From the sequence record PP942979.1: DNA of 64,000 nt. One strand, given 5' to 3'. Positions 20,135-30,009 of the stretch are shown here, in pieces. The notes under the pieces were generated by a model. It saw only the letters and a list, made by a program, of their open reading frames with translations. It searched no databases and had not been told where the DNA came from. The position numbers and the translations under genes are program-made. The stretch's first letter is position 1. Each line of letters starts with the position of its first letter.

Positions 20135-20701
20135 TTAACGTTTCTTGTTGGTCCAGTTGTTCTGCTTAACAGGCGCAGGTGAGGTGTTCTCTTCCGTGAT
20201 TTCGTCGTCGGCGTCTTCTTCCTCTTCCTCGACGTCATCTACTTCCTGCTCCGGCTCAGGTTGCGGTTCAGCCTGTTTAACAGGAGTAGTCTCCATCACA
20301 GACGCAGCGAGAGGTGCCTGAGACACAGTATTTACAGTAGCAACCGGCTCTGCCTCTACGGCCTGACGCGCTTTAGCTACTTCACCAACAGCGTGTTCGT
20401 GAATAACGTCAGTGGTAAGCAACGCACCCTTATCCTTCAGGATTGCATCTGCTTTCTCTTGATCCCATTGATCCCACAGGATATCAAGAGTCTTGTAGCC
20501 ATAGTTCATGCCCTTCGGCAGCTTACCGCGACCATTGAACGGCAGCCCATTAGAAGGAGTAGCTGGCTCGAACTCGTCCATCATCTCCCACTTACGTTTA
20601 GCCTCGATACACTTCGGGCCCCAGACGCCATCGCAGGCACCGTCGTACAGACCAAGCATGGTCATGATGACCTGTAGCTTCTGATAGAATTTGTTCAGCA
20701 T
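20135..20701 (-). CDS. Peptidoglycan-binding-domain protein with acidic tail
   Basis: LQVIMTMLGLYDGACDGVWGPKCIEA fits the PG_binding_1 pattern; Glu/Asp-rich C-terminus. Confidence 0.6.
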   Translation of the reverse strand: MLNKFYQKLQVIMTMLGLYDGACDGVWGPKCIEAKRKWEMMDEFEPATPSNGLPFNGRGKLPKGMNYGYKTLDILWDQWDQEKADAILKDKGALLTTDVIHEHAVGEVAKARQAVEAEPVATVNTVSQAPLAASVMETTPVKQAEPQPEPEQEVDDVEEEEEDADDEITEENTSPAPVKQNNWTNKKR

Positions 20702-20717
20702 AACGTGTTGTCCTATT

Positions 20718-20746
20718 AAAGAAGGAGGGGCCGAAGCCCCTTACCT
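20718..20746 (-). terminator. Hairpin/terminator after SNF2 gene
   Basis: AGGGGC-TTCG-GCCCCT followed by a pyrimidine run. Confidence 0.65.
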
Positions 20747-20747
20747 T

Positions 20748-23700
20748 TTAGACTGATTTGTTTTTCGACATGGTCAATTTCAACTTGTCGAGTGCGCCAG
20801 TGACCTTCTTGATGTTCGTGACGGTGTAGCCTGCTTTCACGATCTTATTGATACGTGCTTTTGCAGTAGCCGCATTCTTCACGAACCCAATCCACATACC
20901 TGGCGCCTGGTCGAACGTACCGAACTTACGAGTGTTCGGGATTTTCGTGCCGACGAAGCGTTTCATCTGCGGGTTGGTCTTCAGGTCGAACATGATACGC
21001 AGTCTGTCTTCCATGATCATCGGGTATGCCTTGACGTGTTTCTTATCGGAGGCAGACTTGTGACGAACGAGGAAGAACTTCGGCAGTTGCTCTTGACCTT
21101 TCGTTGCCAGCTTGACGTTGAAGCCCATACGCGGAGTAGACTCGTCAAAGAAGTCCAGTACGAACTCCAGACGCTTCTCCGACATACGGTCGAATTCCAG
21201 CTTCTTCTTAACTTCGATGAAGTCCAGCATCGCTTCAAAGTCAGCGTAGTACGCACAGTCGTAGTAAACGTAATCGCCGAACTCAACGAACTCGAAGTCC
21301 TTGAGTGCTTTCGCATCAGGGTCAGTCGCGTTCGCATACAGTGCCACAAATCCGTTGTACACGGTAGGAGTCAGCTCCAGTGCCATATCAGCACCAGTCG
21401 CTTCTGCAACAGCTTTCGCACCAGGCTTCATACGAGTCGTAGTGTTAGCCAAAGGAGGCAGGTCAGCAGACTTACGGCGACGAACTTTCTTGGCAGCTTC
21501 TTCAACACCTTCGTTGATTGGCTTACCAGTCTCTTTGTTCGAAGCGCGTTTGGCAGCACGGGCAGCTTTACGCGCCTGAGCTTCAACCTTCTTCTCTGTC
21601 TCTTTCGTATCAGCCGTCTGCGTTTCATCAGCAACGGTGTCTTCAACTTCAACACGGTTAGCTTCTGCGTTTGCACGTTTGCGATCTTTCTCGTTCGCCC
21701 ACGGCTTACGCTGTTCAAAGAAACGTTTCAGGTCGTTCTTGTCTACCTTAGTGGCAATGTGAACTTTGGTCGCAGGAATTGCAACGGTCTCACCAGAGCC
21801 AGCCAGACGAACACGAACGGTACTGATAGGACTATCGCCACGCAGCTTGCCGTCAACCATACGCACAGTCACAGACACGACAACACCGTTACCGAACTCA
21901 GTCACGACAGGTGCACGATTCAGAGAATCTTTCAGCCCTTCGCCGCTAGTGAAGTTACGGTTACGCGCCCAATCTAACAGACGCTCAGTGCCCCAGCCAT
22001 TACGATCAGGGATCTTCTGGTTAGCAACAAGCGGAGTCTGATCCATCACGCGGAAGTCAGTCAGAGCCGGAGTAGCTGGCAGAGCCTGCATTGCTGCAAC
22101 CGTTGTACGGCGCATCTCCTGGAACTCTTGAGATTCGATTTCGTTCAGGTCACGCTTCGCAAGGAAGTAGTCACCGAAGTCTTCCATCGTGTTGTTGTCG
22201 ATCAGCAGCTTCGCGCTCATTTTGATCGGGTCGAGCTTGTACTGATCGAGTGCTTCGTAACGCTGGTTGCCTTTCTCGTCGAAGCGAGTCTTCTCCAGAG
22301 TTTTCCACATCAGACGAGCAACCTTACCAACCTCCAAGGTCTTGTTCGTCATAACCCAGTCGATGAACACAACTTCACGAGCCATGTCACCCGGCTTACC
22401 GTTCTCGTCCAGCTTAGCAGCAGCAACGTCAGGACGGAAGATACGCGCAGTAGACTGATCGTAAGTACCCGGTGACCACGGAGTATCGCAGCGGATGATG
22501 CGGCTACCCATCTGCATGTTGTGGCCTTCGGAGATTGCCTGCTCGTTCGCAATCAGAATCTGGACGTTGTTGTCAGTTTTGAATGCGTCGAGGTTAGCGT
22601 CTTTGTTCTGACCCAGCTTACCAACTTCACCATGATACACCACAGCAACTTTCTTATAGTTGGCTGGCAGTGCGTTGTAGATGGCGTTTGCTGCACGAAC
22701 GTAACGCGTAAAGACAATCAACTTGCCCTGTACTTCTGGCTTCCAGTAGTCCGGATCGTCCGGAGGCGGAACCATTGAAGGCGGCAGCGCTTGACGCTTG
22801 AACTCTTCGGACTGCTTACGTGCCAGATACTTCTGACCGTTATAGACAGCAATGTCCAGTTCACGCGGCTCTACGCCCGGCTTCCATTCGAAGATCTGTT
22901 GCTCACCAATCATACGGTCGCGTTCTGGCTGCACTTCGAAGTGCTTACGAATACGGTCGATGATGGTCAGCACTTTCGCAGAAACGAAGTTGGTAACGCC
23001 GGCGGCTTCAAACGTCATACGAGCAACGTCATCACCCATAGGGTCAGTCAGCATCATTTCCATACGCTGGAAGTACATGTTCAGGTCAGCGTTGCTTGCC
23101 AGCAGTGCGCCTAAATCATCACCCTCTTCGATCTCGTCTTCGTCAATATCATCAGCGGCCGTGGCTTCTGCACCACCAGCTTCGTCGTCATCGTCATCGC
23201 TGCTACCGGCTTTCTTCTTCGCAGACTTGGCAGCTTCGTCCAACTTCTCCAGCACTTCTGCGTACATTGCGTTATACACTTCCTGGTGCAGCGCAGAGTT
23301 TGGAACTGACGGATCATCGATCTCAACCTGAATGAAGGTATCAATCGGGTTCGGCAGCATGAACGCCCAATGCTTACGCTTGAACGAGATGAACGCTGTA
23401 TGGTTTGCCATACGTGAGTGCGCACGACGAATCATTTCAATGTCGTCTTTCGCGCCGTCATATGCAACGTCCAGTGAGTCACCGAACATAGCAGGCGTCA
23501 TCAGTGCAGCCTGACCAACAATATCACGCACACGGTCAGTTACCAGCGTACCAGTAGCGATACGTGCATAGCGAACGGACGGAGCAGTGAACACCGCTTT
23601 GGTGTTGAAGTGAACCTGAGAGCCAGCCTGACCACCAGAGAAGTTCTTCACTTTATGCGACTCGTCGAGCAGCACATAGCTGAACTTGAAGCGATTAACG

Positions 23701-26597
23701 AACTCTACAGCACCACGCACACGAACACGCACACCGCCAATGTCAACGTTGAACGTACCAGTTTGCAAATAGCTCAGGCCGACGATGAAGATAGTGTTAC
23801 GAGGTGACTGAGAGATCACGTCGTACATACGTTCTTCGCCCCACGTGTTCACGGTATCAGCAGTAATAGGCACTGCGTTCCAGCCGTCAACGATTTTGTG
23901 TAGGTCGTCACACCAGTTCGCTACGAGGTTGGAAGGACAGATGATCAGAGGGCGAATGCCTTCTTCACCTAAGTCATCCAGCTCTTTGATTGTGGCTGCA
24001 ATATCAGTCAGACCGATGATTGTCTTACCACCGCCAGGCGCGATAAAGATTGTTGCAAAGCGCGGACGACGACGCAGAGTTTTGTGCGCTTCGACCTGAT
24101 GCGGCAGTAATGCTGCACCGTCTTTCAGACCTGGGATGCGAATATCATCAATGGTGATACCGCTGTCAGGTTTCAGGCGTTCGATCTCAGTCTCGGCCGA
24201 TTCGAAAATCTCAAGAGACTTAGGAATCACATCGCTGTACATCGTAGCGAATGGCAGGATGATCTGTTGCAGACGACCTGAGCCTGGAGCTTGTTCGCTT
24301 TCAATCAGAGAACTAAACAATTTCTTGCGATCGGCGCGTACAAGCGACTGCGCCATTTCACGGTACACCGCACCACCGAAGTAGTTGTTAAGGCGTGCCA
24401 TGTCAGACAGCTTGGACTTCTCACCCATCACAAAGTAGTGGGTGTGAGACGGCAGTGATTCGGTGGCAGCCTGAATGCTTCCCATCTCGCTCATGGAAGT
24501 TGCAATAAGGTTAGAACCACGCAGACCAGCAGCATCGTTCAGCACACGAATCATGATACGCAGCATCGTCAGAGCAGGGCGCTCGTTAGACAGGTCTGGT
24601 ACCGAGAAGTCGTTAGCGATCAGATTCTCATAGAGGTCTTTGTCCATCGGGCTTTCAGACAGAGCCGCATCTTCTGCGTCCATGCCGATTGCTTTACGTG
24701 CATTCTCCACCAGCGTTTTCAGGTCAGGAACTTGTTTGTTCTTGAGCATGAACTCGTAGGTCTGGCAGGTCTGCGCGATGATGTTCAGCAGCTCAGGCAG
24801 GTTAGAACCTTCTGTGGAGTTGTATTTGATCGTGGACTCACTCACACTCTCAACCAACTTACCGCTACCGGACTCAACTTTGGCAGCTTCAATCAGCGTG
24901 TCATACGACGGACGGAACAGAGCCATACCACCAGATGCCTGATTGTGATAAATGTTACCAATCACGTTCGCAGCAGAACGGAAGTTAGGCGCTTCACCCG
25001 GCTCCGCAAAGTCGTAGCCGAGAGCATCAGCAACGTCCAGAGAGTTAGGTGACTTCATGCCGACAGTACGAGTTTCGTTAACTGCCAGCCCGCCGCCGTT
25101 CGAGGTGTTCACGATCAGAGAGAAGTCAGGGTCGATACCGATGCACACGTCACTGAAACGAGACAGTGATTTGGCTTTCGTCTGCACATCACGGTCGAAG
25201 TCCAGATTACCGTTCTGGATAGCGAACATGTTGGTACGCAGCGTGTCGTGCTCAGTAGATAGCGGCACACCTTTTTCGAACAGGTCTTCGAGGACACCGT
25301 TGAGCGTGGTTTCGTAGGTCTTAACCATCTCAATGTCAATGTCTTCACGACGAGGCAGCACAGCCATCGTACCGTTAGGCATGATAGTCATACCGTGTTC
25401 ATCAGCAACCACGTCGTTAACCACGTAGCCGAATTTCTCACGCAGCTTTTTCAACTCAGGAAGAGAAGTGGCAGAAGTCACATAACGCGGAATACGAGCA
25501 GCACGGGTGATACCAGTACGAGTAGAACCAGCAACACGGAAGTAGTAGCTCGCCCAACCCTGGAACCAACGATACAGACACATGGTCTGAGTGTCAGCAC
25601 CCTGAGAGATATACTCCACCAGCTCTTTTTCGAAGTTAACAATCAGGCCACCTTCGACACGAATGTCGGTTGCCAGTGCTACTTCGTTGAAATCGACAGG
25701 CGTATCGTGACTGATCTTCATCGCTTGCAGCTTGCGATCAATCATCTGTTTGCCGGGGATAGAGCGGATGCCGATTGTCATGAAATCGCCCAGGCCGTCA
25801 ACTACGGATTTTTCCAAGTTGCGGAACAGGTCAATATCAATGCCGTTCATTGATGGGTGAATAGAACGCAGAGCAGCGTTATACACAGACCAGTCTTTGT
25901 CGAGCGGGATACGAATCATCTTCGTATCGAATGCGTTGGCGTTAGTGCGCTCAGTGCCAAAGATATCCTTATAGATAGTCTTCGCCACACGAATTGCAGA
26001 CTGCGCAATATCGGAGCTGTAGGTACGCAGGTTGGCGCTTTCGAAGTTCGCGTCGTTATCAACACGAGGACGGTCGCTACCCTGATTGTTCAGAACGTTG
26101 AAGTTACCGTTCGAAGCCAGCGGGCTGGTGGGGCACGGAGTACCAGACATGATAATGTCTTTGCCGCCAGGGAAGCGCGTACTGTTTTCGATGATAGCGC
26201 CAGAAGATGCAGACAGATGCTCGGCCAGAGCGGTCTTGATCTCACGACTCAGCTTATCGCCGTTCAACATCATGTTGATTTTCAGCGAGGACGCTTCGAC
26301 GTTGTTCTTGATGCGCTTAACGAAATCGTCAGGAGAGACTTCCAGCATATCTTCGAACTCTGCACCGTTAGTAACGATGTAGTTGATCAGGTCGAAGGCC
26401 GCGTAGATGCGAGCTACGGTAGAAGCGGTGAATACAGCCAGCGCCTCATAGTTACGACGGGACTTCCCTGTCGCGTACATCTTCGACGTCTTGGCGTCGA
26501 ATTCGGGCGGCAAGGGCTTGATAGCAAGTGCCTGATTAAACGTATCGGCAATTTGCTGGGTAGCCGTTGCTGACGTACTAATCATCTGATTCATCAT
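20748..26597 (-). CDS. 1949-aa SNF2-family helicase/ATPase
   Basis: LLPHQ, APGGGKT, LLDESHKVKN, IATGT, KLIVFTRY, SEGHNMQ, WSPGTYDQSTARIFR. Confidence 0.88.
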   Translation of the reverse strand: MMNQMISTSATATQQIADTFNQALAIKPLPPEFDAKTSKMYATGKSRRNYEALAVFTASTVARIYAAFDLINYIVTNGAEFEDMLEVSPDDFVKRIKNNVEASSLKINMMLNGDKLSREIKTALAEHLSASSGAIIENSTRFPGGKDIIMSGTPCPTSPLASNGNFNVLNNQGSDRPRVDNDANFESANLRTYSSDIAQSAIRVAKTIYKDIFGTERTNANAFDTKMIRIPLDKDWSVYNAALRSIHPSMNGIDIDLFRNLEKSVVDGLGDFMTIGIRSIPGKQMIDRKLQAMKISHDTPVDFNEVALATDIRVEGGLIVNFEKELVEYISQGADTQTMCLYRWFQGWASYYFRVAGSTRTGITRAARIPRYVTSATSLPELKKLREKFGYVVNDVVADEHGMTIMPNGTMAVLPRREDIDIEMVKTYETTLNGVLEDLFEKGVPLSTEHDTLRTNMFAIQNGNLDFDRDVQTKAKSLSRFSDVCIGIDPDFSLIVNTSNGGGLAVNETRTVGMKSPNSLDVADALGYDFAEPGEAPNFRSAANVIGNIYHNQASGGMALFRPSYDTLIEAAKVESGSGKLVESVSESTIKYNSTEGSNLPELLNIIAQTCQTYEFMLKNKQVPDLKTLVENARKAIGMDAEDAALSESPMDKDLYENLIANDFSVPDLSNERPALTMLRIMIRVLNDAAGLRGSNLIATSMSEMGSIQAATESLPSHTHYFVMGEKSKLSDMARLNNYFGGAVYREMAQSLVRADRKKLFSSLIESEQAPGSGRLQQIILPFATMYSDVIPKSLEIFESAETEIERLKPDSGITIDDIRIPGLKDGAALLPHQVEAHKTLRRRPRFATIFIAPGGGKTIIGLTDIAATIKELDDLGEEGIRPLIICPSNLVANWCDDLHKIVDGWNAVPITADTVNTWGEERMYDVISQSPRNTIFIVGLSYLQTGTFNVDIGGVRVRVRGAVEFVNRFKFSYVLLDESHKVKNFSGGQAGSQVHFNTKAVFTAPSVRYARIATGTLVTDRVRDIVGQAALMTPAMFGDSLDVAYDGAKDDIEMIRRAHSRMANHTAFISFKRKHWAFMLPNPIDTFIQVEIDDPSVPNSALHQEVYNAMYAEVLEKLDEAAKSAKKKAGSSDDDDDEAGGAEATAADDIDEDEIEEGDDLGALLASNADLNMYFQRMEMMLTDPMGDDVARMTFEAAGVTNFVSAKVLTIIDRIRKHFEVQPERDRMIGEQQIFEWKPGVEPRELDIAVYNGQKYLARKQSEEFKRQALPPSMVPPPDDPDYWKPEVQGKLIVFTRYVRAANAIYNALPANYKKVAVVYHGEVGKLGQNKDANLDAFKTDNNVQILIANEQAISEGHNMQMGSRIIRCDTPWSPGTYDQSTARIFRPDVAAAKLDENGKPGDMAREVVFIDWVMTNKTLEVGKVARLMWKTLEKTRFDEKGNQRYEALDQYKLDPIKMSAKLLIDNNTMEDFGDYFLAKRDLNEIESQEFQEMRRTTVAAMQALPATPALTDFRVMDQTPLVANQKIPDRNGWGTERLLDWARNRNFTSGEGLKDSLNRAPVVTEFGNGVVVSVTVRMVDGKLRGDSPISTVRVRLAGSGETVAIPATKVHIATKVDKNDLKRFFEQRKPWANEKDRKRANAEANRVEVEDTVADETQTADTKETEKKVEAQARKAARAAKRASNKETGKPINEGVEEAAKKVRRRKSADLPPLANTTTRMKPGAKAVAEATGADMALELTPTVYNGFVALYANATDPDAKALKDFEFVEFGDYVYYDCAYYADFEAMLDFIEVKKKLEFDRMSEKRLEFVLDFFDESTPRMGFNVKLATKGQEQLPKFFLVRHKSASDKKHVKAYPMIMEDRLRIMFDLKTNPQMKRFVGTKIPNTRKFGTFDQAPGMWIGFVKNAATAKARINKIVKAGYTVTNIKKVTGALDKLKLTMSKNKSV

Positions 26598-27088
26598 TCA
26601 CCCAGTTTGGTATAGTTGTCAATCATAGACTGCCACACGCTCGGTACAGGCAAGCGACGGTCTGCGGCGATATCCGATAGCACAACGGCTAATGCGTAAG
26701 CACGAAGAGGACTAAGCCCTTCGAACTTGTCGCGCGTAAACACAGACGTGAGTTGTTCGTTGGTCAGTGTCTGATACTGCGCACGATACTCGGACAGATA
26801 CGTGCCGTACTTACCGTCATCAACCGGCATGGTATCAGGGATGCTCTGAATAGACAACAATGCTTTCGCAAGAGCGTCCATAATCAGAAGCAGGTCAGCC
26901 TGATCATACGGTGTGATATCCGGCACGTTTGAACGACCCAGCAGTTCGATGACTGACTGCGGAAGTTGGATAGGCTCTCGCGCTTGAGAGATGGACTTCA
27001 TGATTCCTTCGGCAGCACCAGCATACAGCTTACCGCTATCTGCGATGCCCTTCAAAAGAGTATGAAGCCGCGAGTTTACGTCAATCAC
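26594..27088 (-). CDS. Hypothetical protein
   Basis: Start moved to GTG 27088 (AGGAG SD). Confidence 0.65.
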   Translation of the reverse strand: MIDVNSRLHTLLKGIADSGKLYAGAAEGIMKSISQAREPIQLPQSVIELLGRSNVPDITPYDQADLLLIMDALAKALLSIQSIPDTMPVDDGKYGTYLSEYRAQYQTLTNEQLTSVFTRDKFEGLSPLRAYALAVVLSDIAADRRLPVPSVWQSMIDNYTKLGE

Positions 27089-27098
27089 GGTTCTTCTC

Positions 27099-27881
27099 CT
27101 AAATAAAAATGCTCTTGACCAAAGTGTTGAGCCTCTTCTCCACAGCATGACGTTTGTACGTGGACAGGAAGCAGGTTAGCCTGCGCGATTGCAGATGCAG
27201 CGCAATAGCGTTACCCTTAACCCGCGCACAGTCAACTCCCAAATCAATACTCCACGGATGCCAAGCACGAGGCGCAAGCATCACTTGTTGAATTGTTGGG
27301 TAAGTGTCTGGCACAACAGGCAGAGGAGACTTTGCCAGTTTCTTCGTCAAATTATCAGTTTTGAACAAGGCTTTAGGCTGTTTGTTCGAAAACCAGTAAG
27401 GAACCTGCTTGTGCAGTATCTCACCTACTTTCGGAATACCACCACGCGTTGTCTGCGGTACATACACCAGATAAATATCGATCGTGGTGTTGATGCAGTT
27501 AGCAACCCGATTGTAGTCGCTGTTGGTTCGACTATGCACCTCAGCCAGCCTGAACTTATTGCTGAACTCAATACGTTGCAGCCATCTTTTCAAGTCAGCC
27601 TGTTGGACCTTGAGAAGCGCTTTTGCCTGCTCAAGAGAGTGCTTGGTGATCGGTGGGATAGGACGTAACAGGTACGTTGTGCTGCTACGAGCCAGAGAAG
27701 AAATAAACCCTTCTACAACGCGCTGCATACCAAGAGGTTGTGGTAGCGAATGAAAGAGGTCAACCGCTGTTTGTGTTGAGATGTACGCACCCCAAGCCTC
27801 GATGTACTCAGGGCTAACGCAGTCAGGAAAGTTGCGTAAGTCCAATCCCACGTCTGAGCCATATTTCTGCAAACGACTCAC
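27099..27881 (-). CDS. Hypothetical protein
   Basis: 260 aa, GTG start with GGAGG SD overlapping HNH stop. Confidence 0.65.
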   Translation of the reverse strand: MSRLQKYGSDVGLDLRNFPDCVSPEYIEAWGAYISTQTAVDLFHSLPQPLGMQRVVEGFISSLARSSTTYLLRPIPPITKHSLEQAKALLKVQQADLKRWLQRIEFSNKFRLAEVHSRTNSDYNRVANCINTTIDIYLVYVPQTTRGGIPKVGEILHKQVPYWFSNKQPKALFKTDNLTKKLAKSPLPVVPDTYPTIQQVMLAPRAWHPWSIDLGVDCARVKGNAIALHLQSRRLTCFLSTYKRHAVEKRLNTLVKSIFI

Positions 27882-28243
27882 CGTCTACCTCCATGCAGCA
27901 GTCTTGAACCACGTCGGTTGTTACTGCCGATCTGATTGTTATCGCAGTCATAGCAAAGCAGTTCGAGGTTATGTTTCATATTCGAACCACCCTGCGCATG
28001 ACCAACTTTGTGGTTGAGAATGAGTTGTGGAGTACGAGTACCACAGCGCTCACATTGTTGTCCACGCTCGTCGATGATGCTCATTTTGAGACGTGTCCAA
28101 TCACTCCTGTCCATGCGAACGTGAGTACCAGCGCGAGCACGTTCAAATCCCGTAACACCAGCAAGACGTTGAGAAGTGGACATACTTCTTCCACGACCAC
28201 CCATAGTTCTTGCTGCAATACCGCCTTTTGGTCTGTATGCCAT
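27878..28243 (-). CDS. HNH endonuclease-like protein
   Basis: CERCG...ILNHK...GGSN...NLELLCYDC. Confidence 0.75.
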   Translation of the reverse strand: MAYRPKGGIAARTMGGRGRSMSTSQRLAGVTGFERARAGTHVRMDRSDWTRLKMSIIDERGQQCERCGTRTPQLILNHKVGHAQGGSNMKHNLELLCYDCDNNQIGSNNRRGSRLLHGGRR

Positions 28244-28276
28244 GATGATCTCCTAAATACAGTTCTATTTACAGAC

Positions 28277-29101
28277 TTAGGCGCTCGCGCTAAATATCTG
28301 AACTGTCTTCGATAGACCCGCCTGATAGGCTTGCTCAATATCTTTCGCAGCGTTACGAATGATCGTTTGCGTCTGATTCTGCGCACCAGCAATCATTTCA
28401 ACAGGCAGATTCTTTTTATTCCATGCGTTAATCTGGTGGAATACGCCAACCAGAATTGTACCAGCAGACTCAGCGAAAGGTCCCATGACTTCTTCGTTGA
28501 GAATCTCTGCCAGTTGCGACACGTCACGCAGCGCACGAAGGTCAGCGATAATCTCACGCATCTGGTTATAGAGTTGCATCAGTGCGTAAATATCACGGCT
28601 CTGTTTGGATTTCGTATACTGCTCCTCACACAGTCGCGCCATTGACTGACACTGCTTGAACATCGTCATGTACTCGGCAATCTGGTCGTTCTCTTGTTTG
28701 ATAACGTCAGGCACATCTGCCATAACCTCAAGGAACTGACCTTCCAGAGCAACCATATCGGTGCTCAAACTCCGTGACTCTTTTTTCTTCTTTTTCTTTT
28801 TGATGGTATCTACTGCATTCTCTTTCTTTTTCTTAGCTTTCTTTGGCTTTGGTTCATCCAGAGACTGCATTGCCTTTTGAGATGCTGCAATATCCGAATA
28901 GAAGTCATCGGGATCAATGTGTTTGGGCAGCACGTCTTTCGAAGGGTCGGACTTATTTTTCTTCTTGACCTTAACGCCTTTGCTAACTGTCTTAGCTTTC
29001 TTGACGGTGGTCTTAGCTTTAACTTTCGCTTTACTCTTTTTCGCAGATGCTTTTGCAGGCTGGGCGAAAGAGCCAATGTCATCCAAGCTTATGGCCGCCA
29101 T
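28277..29101 (-). CDS. Hypothetical protein, Lys-rich N-half and helical C-half
   Basis: 274 aa; function not recognisable. Confidence 0.65.
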   Translation of the reverse strand: MAAISLDDIGSFAQPAKASAKKSKAKVKAKTTVKKAKTVSKGVKVKKKNKSDPSKDVLPKHIDPDDFYSDIAASQKAMQSLDEPKPKKAKKKKENAVDTIKKKKKKKESRSLSTDMVALEGQFLEVMADVPDVIKQENDQIAEYMTMFKQCQSMARLCEEQYTKSKQSRDIYALMQLYNQMREIIADLRALRDVSQLAEILNEEVMGPFAESAGTILVGVFHQINAWNKKNLPVEMIAGAQNQTQTIIRNAAKDIEQAYQAGLSKTVQIFSASA

Positions 29102-29122
29102 GTGAAAATCCTCAGTAGAAAC

Positions 29123-29152
29123 GAAAAAGGGAACCCCGCGAGGCTCCCTTTA
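29123..29152 (-). terminator. Intrinsic terminator
   Basis: AGGGAGCC-TCGC-GGGGTTCCC then T-run (imperfect stem). Confidence 0.6.
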
Positions 29153-29160
29153 GGGTTTGT

Positions 29161-29967
29161 TTAGAAGCTGTGACCTTTGATGATAGCAGCAATCTTGCCA
29201 AAGTATTCCGGGCTGTAGCGGAACATCTTGGCATAGTAGTCCAGCAGCTTGTTAACGTCAACGCCAGCAGCGGCAGACACTGAATCAACCTGCGGGAAGT
29301 GTTTCTCGTCCAACTCGTCGCCAGACAGAACAGCTACCATGCTCATGGAAGTAATCTGCTCTTCCTGACCCTGATCGTCAACAACGATGAAGCTGTTGTC
29401 GTCAGTTACGTTAGCGGCAACGAAACCAACTTTCAGCGCGCCAGAGTTAGACACGAAGCTAACCATGTCACCGCCAACAACGCTGGACAGTTCCAGATTG
29501 TGGCGAGCAACGGCCTGAGCCAGAGTAGGCATAGACGCCTGCAGGTTAACGGTAGCGGCGCCTGACACAGAACGAATCATGTCGATCAGTTCAGAGTTGT
29601 CGTTCGCGTTGCTTTCGCGCACCAGAACGTCTTCACCGCTTTCGCTACGGCGAACGGCCCACATGCGCTCGGACTTGTCCATGTACATGTTTTTCGACAG
29701 CGCCTGGAACTCGTCACCCATCTGCGATACAGGGATAACGTCCTGCATACGGCTGAGGATGGTACGAACGAAGCTGGTGGTTTTACCCTGCTCGATCATA
29801 GAAGACGCACCTTCAACAGGCATGTATTCACGATTGCAGGAAGCGCTTACGATGGCGCCGAAGTTGTCTGCGATATTCTCGCCGACGTTGTGAGTTACTT
29901 GCACGATGGCCACGCTCTGGTTGTCGTTGAGCTGGTCAATCTGTTTGATGAAAGCCTTCATTGTCAT
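29161..29967 (-). CDS. Putative virion/prohead-core protein
   Basis: 268 aa, own TAATTT promoter; internal S-x-S-[AGC] sites. Confidence 0.55.
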   Translation of the reverse strand: MTMKAFIKQIDQLNDNQSVAIVQVTHNVGENIADNFGAIVSASCNREYMPVEGASSMIEQGKTTSFVRTILSRMQDVIPVSQMGDEFQALSKNMYMDKSERMWAVRRSESGEDVLVRESNANDNSELIDMIRSVSGAATVNLQASMPTLAQAVARHNLELSSVVGGDMVSFVSNSGALKVGFVAANVTDDNSFIVVDDQGQEEQITSMSMVAVLSGDELDEKHFPQVDSVSAAAGVDVNKLLDYYAKMFRYSPEYFGKIAAIIKGHSF

Positions 29968-30009
29968 CTCCTGAATGTTTCGACAATATGAAATTAGTAA
30001 ACTTAGGGT

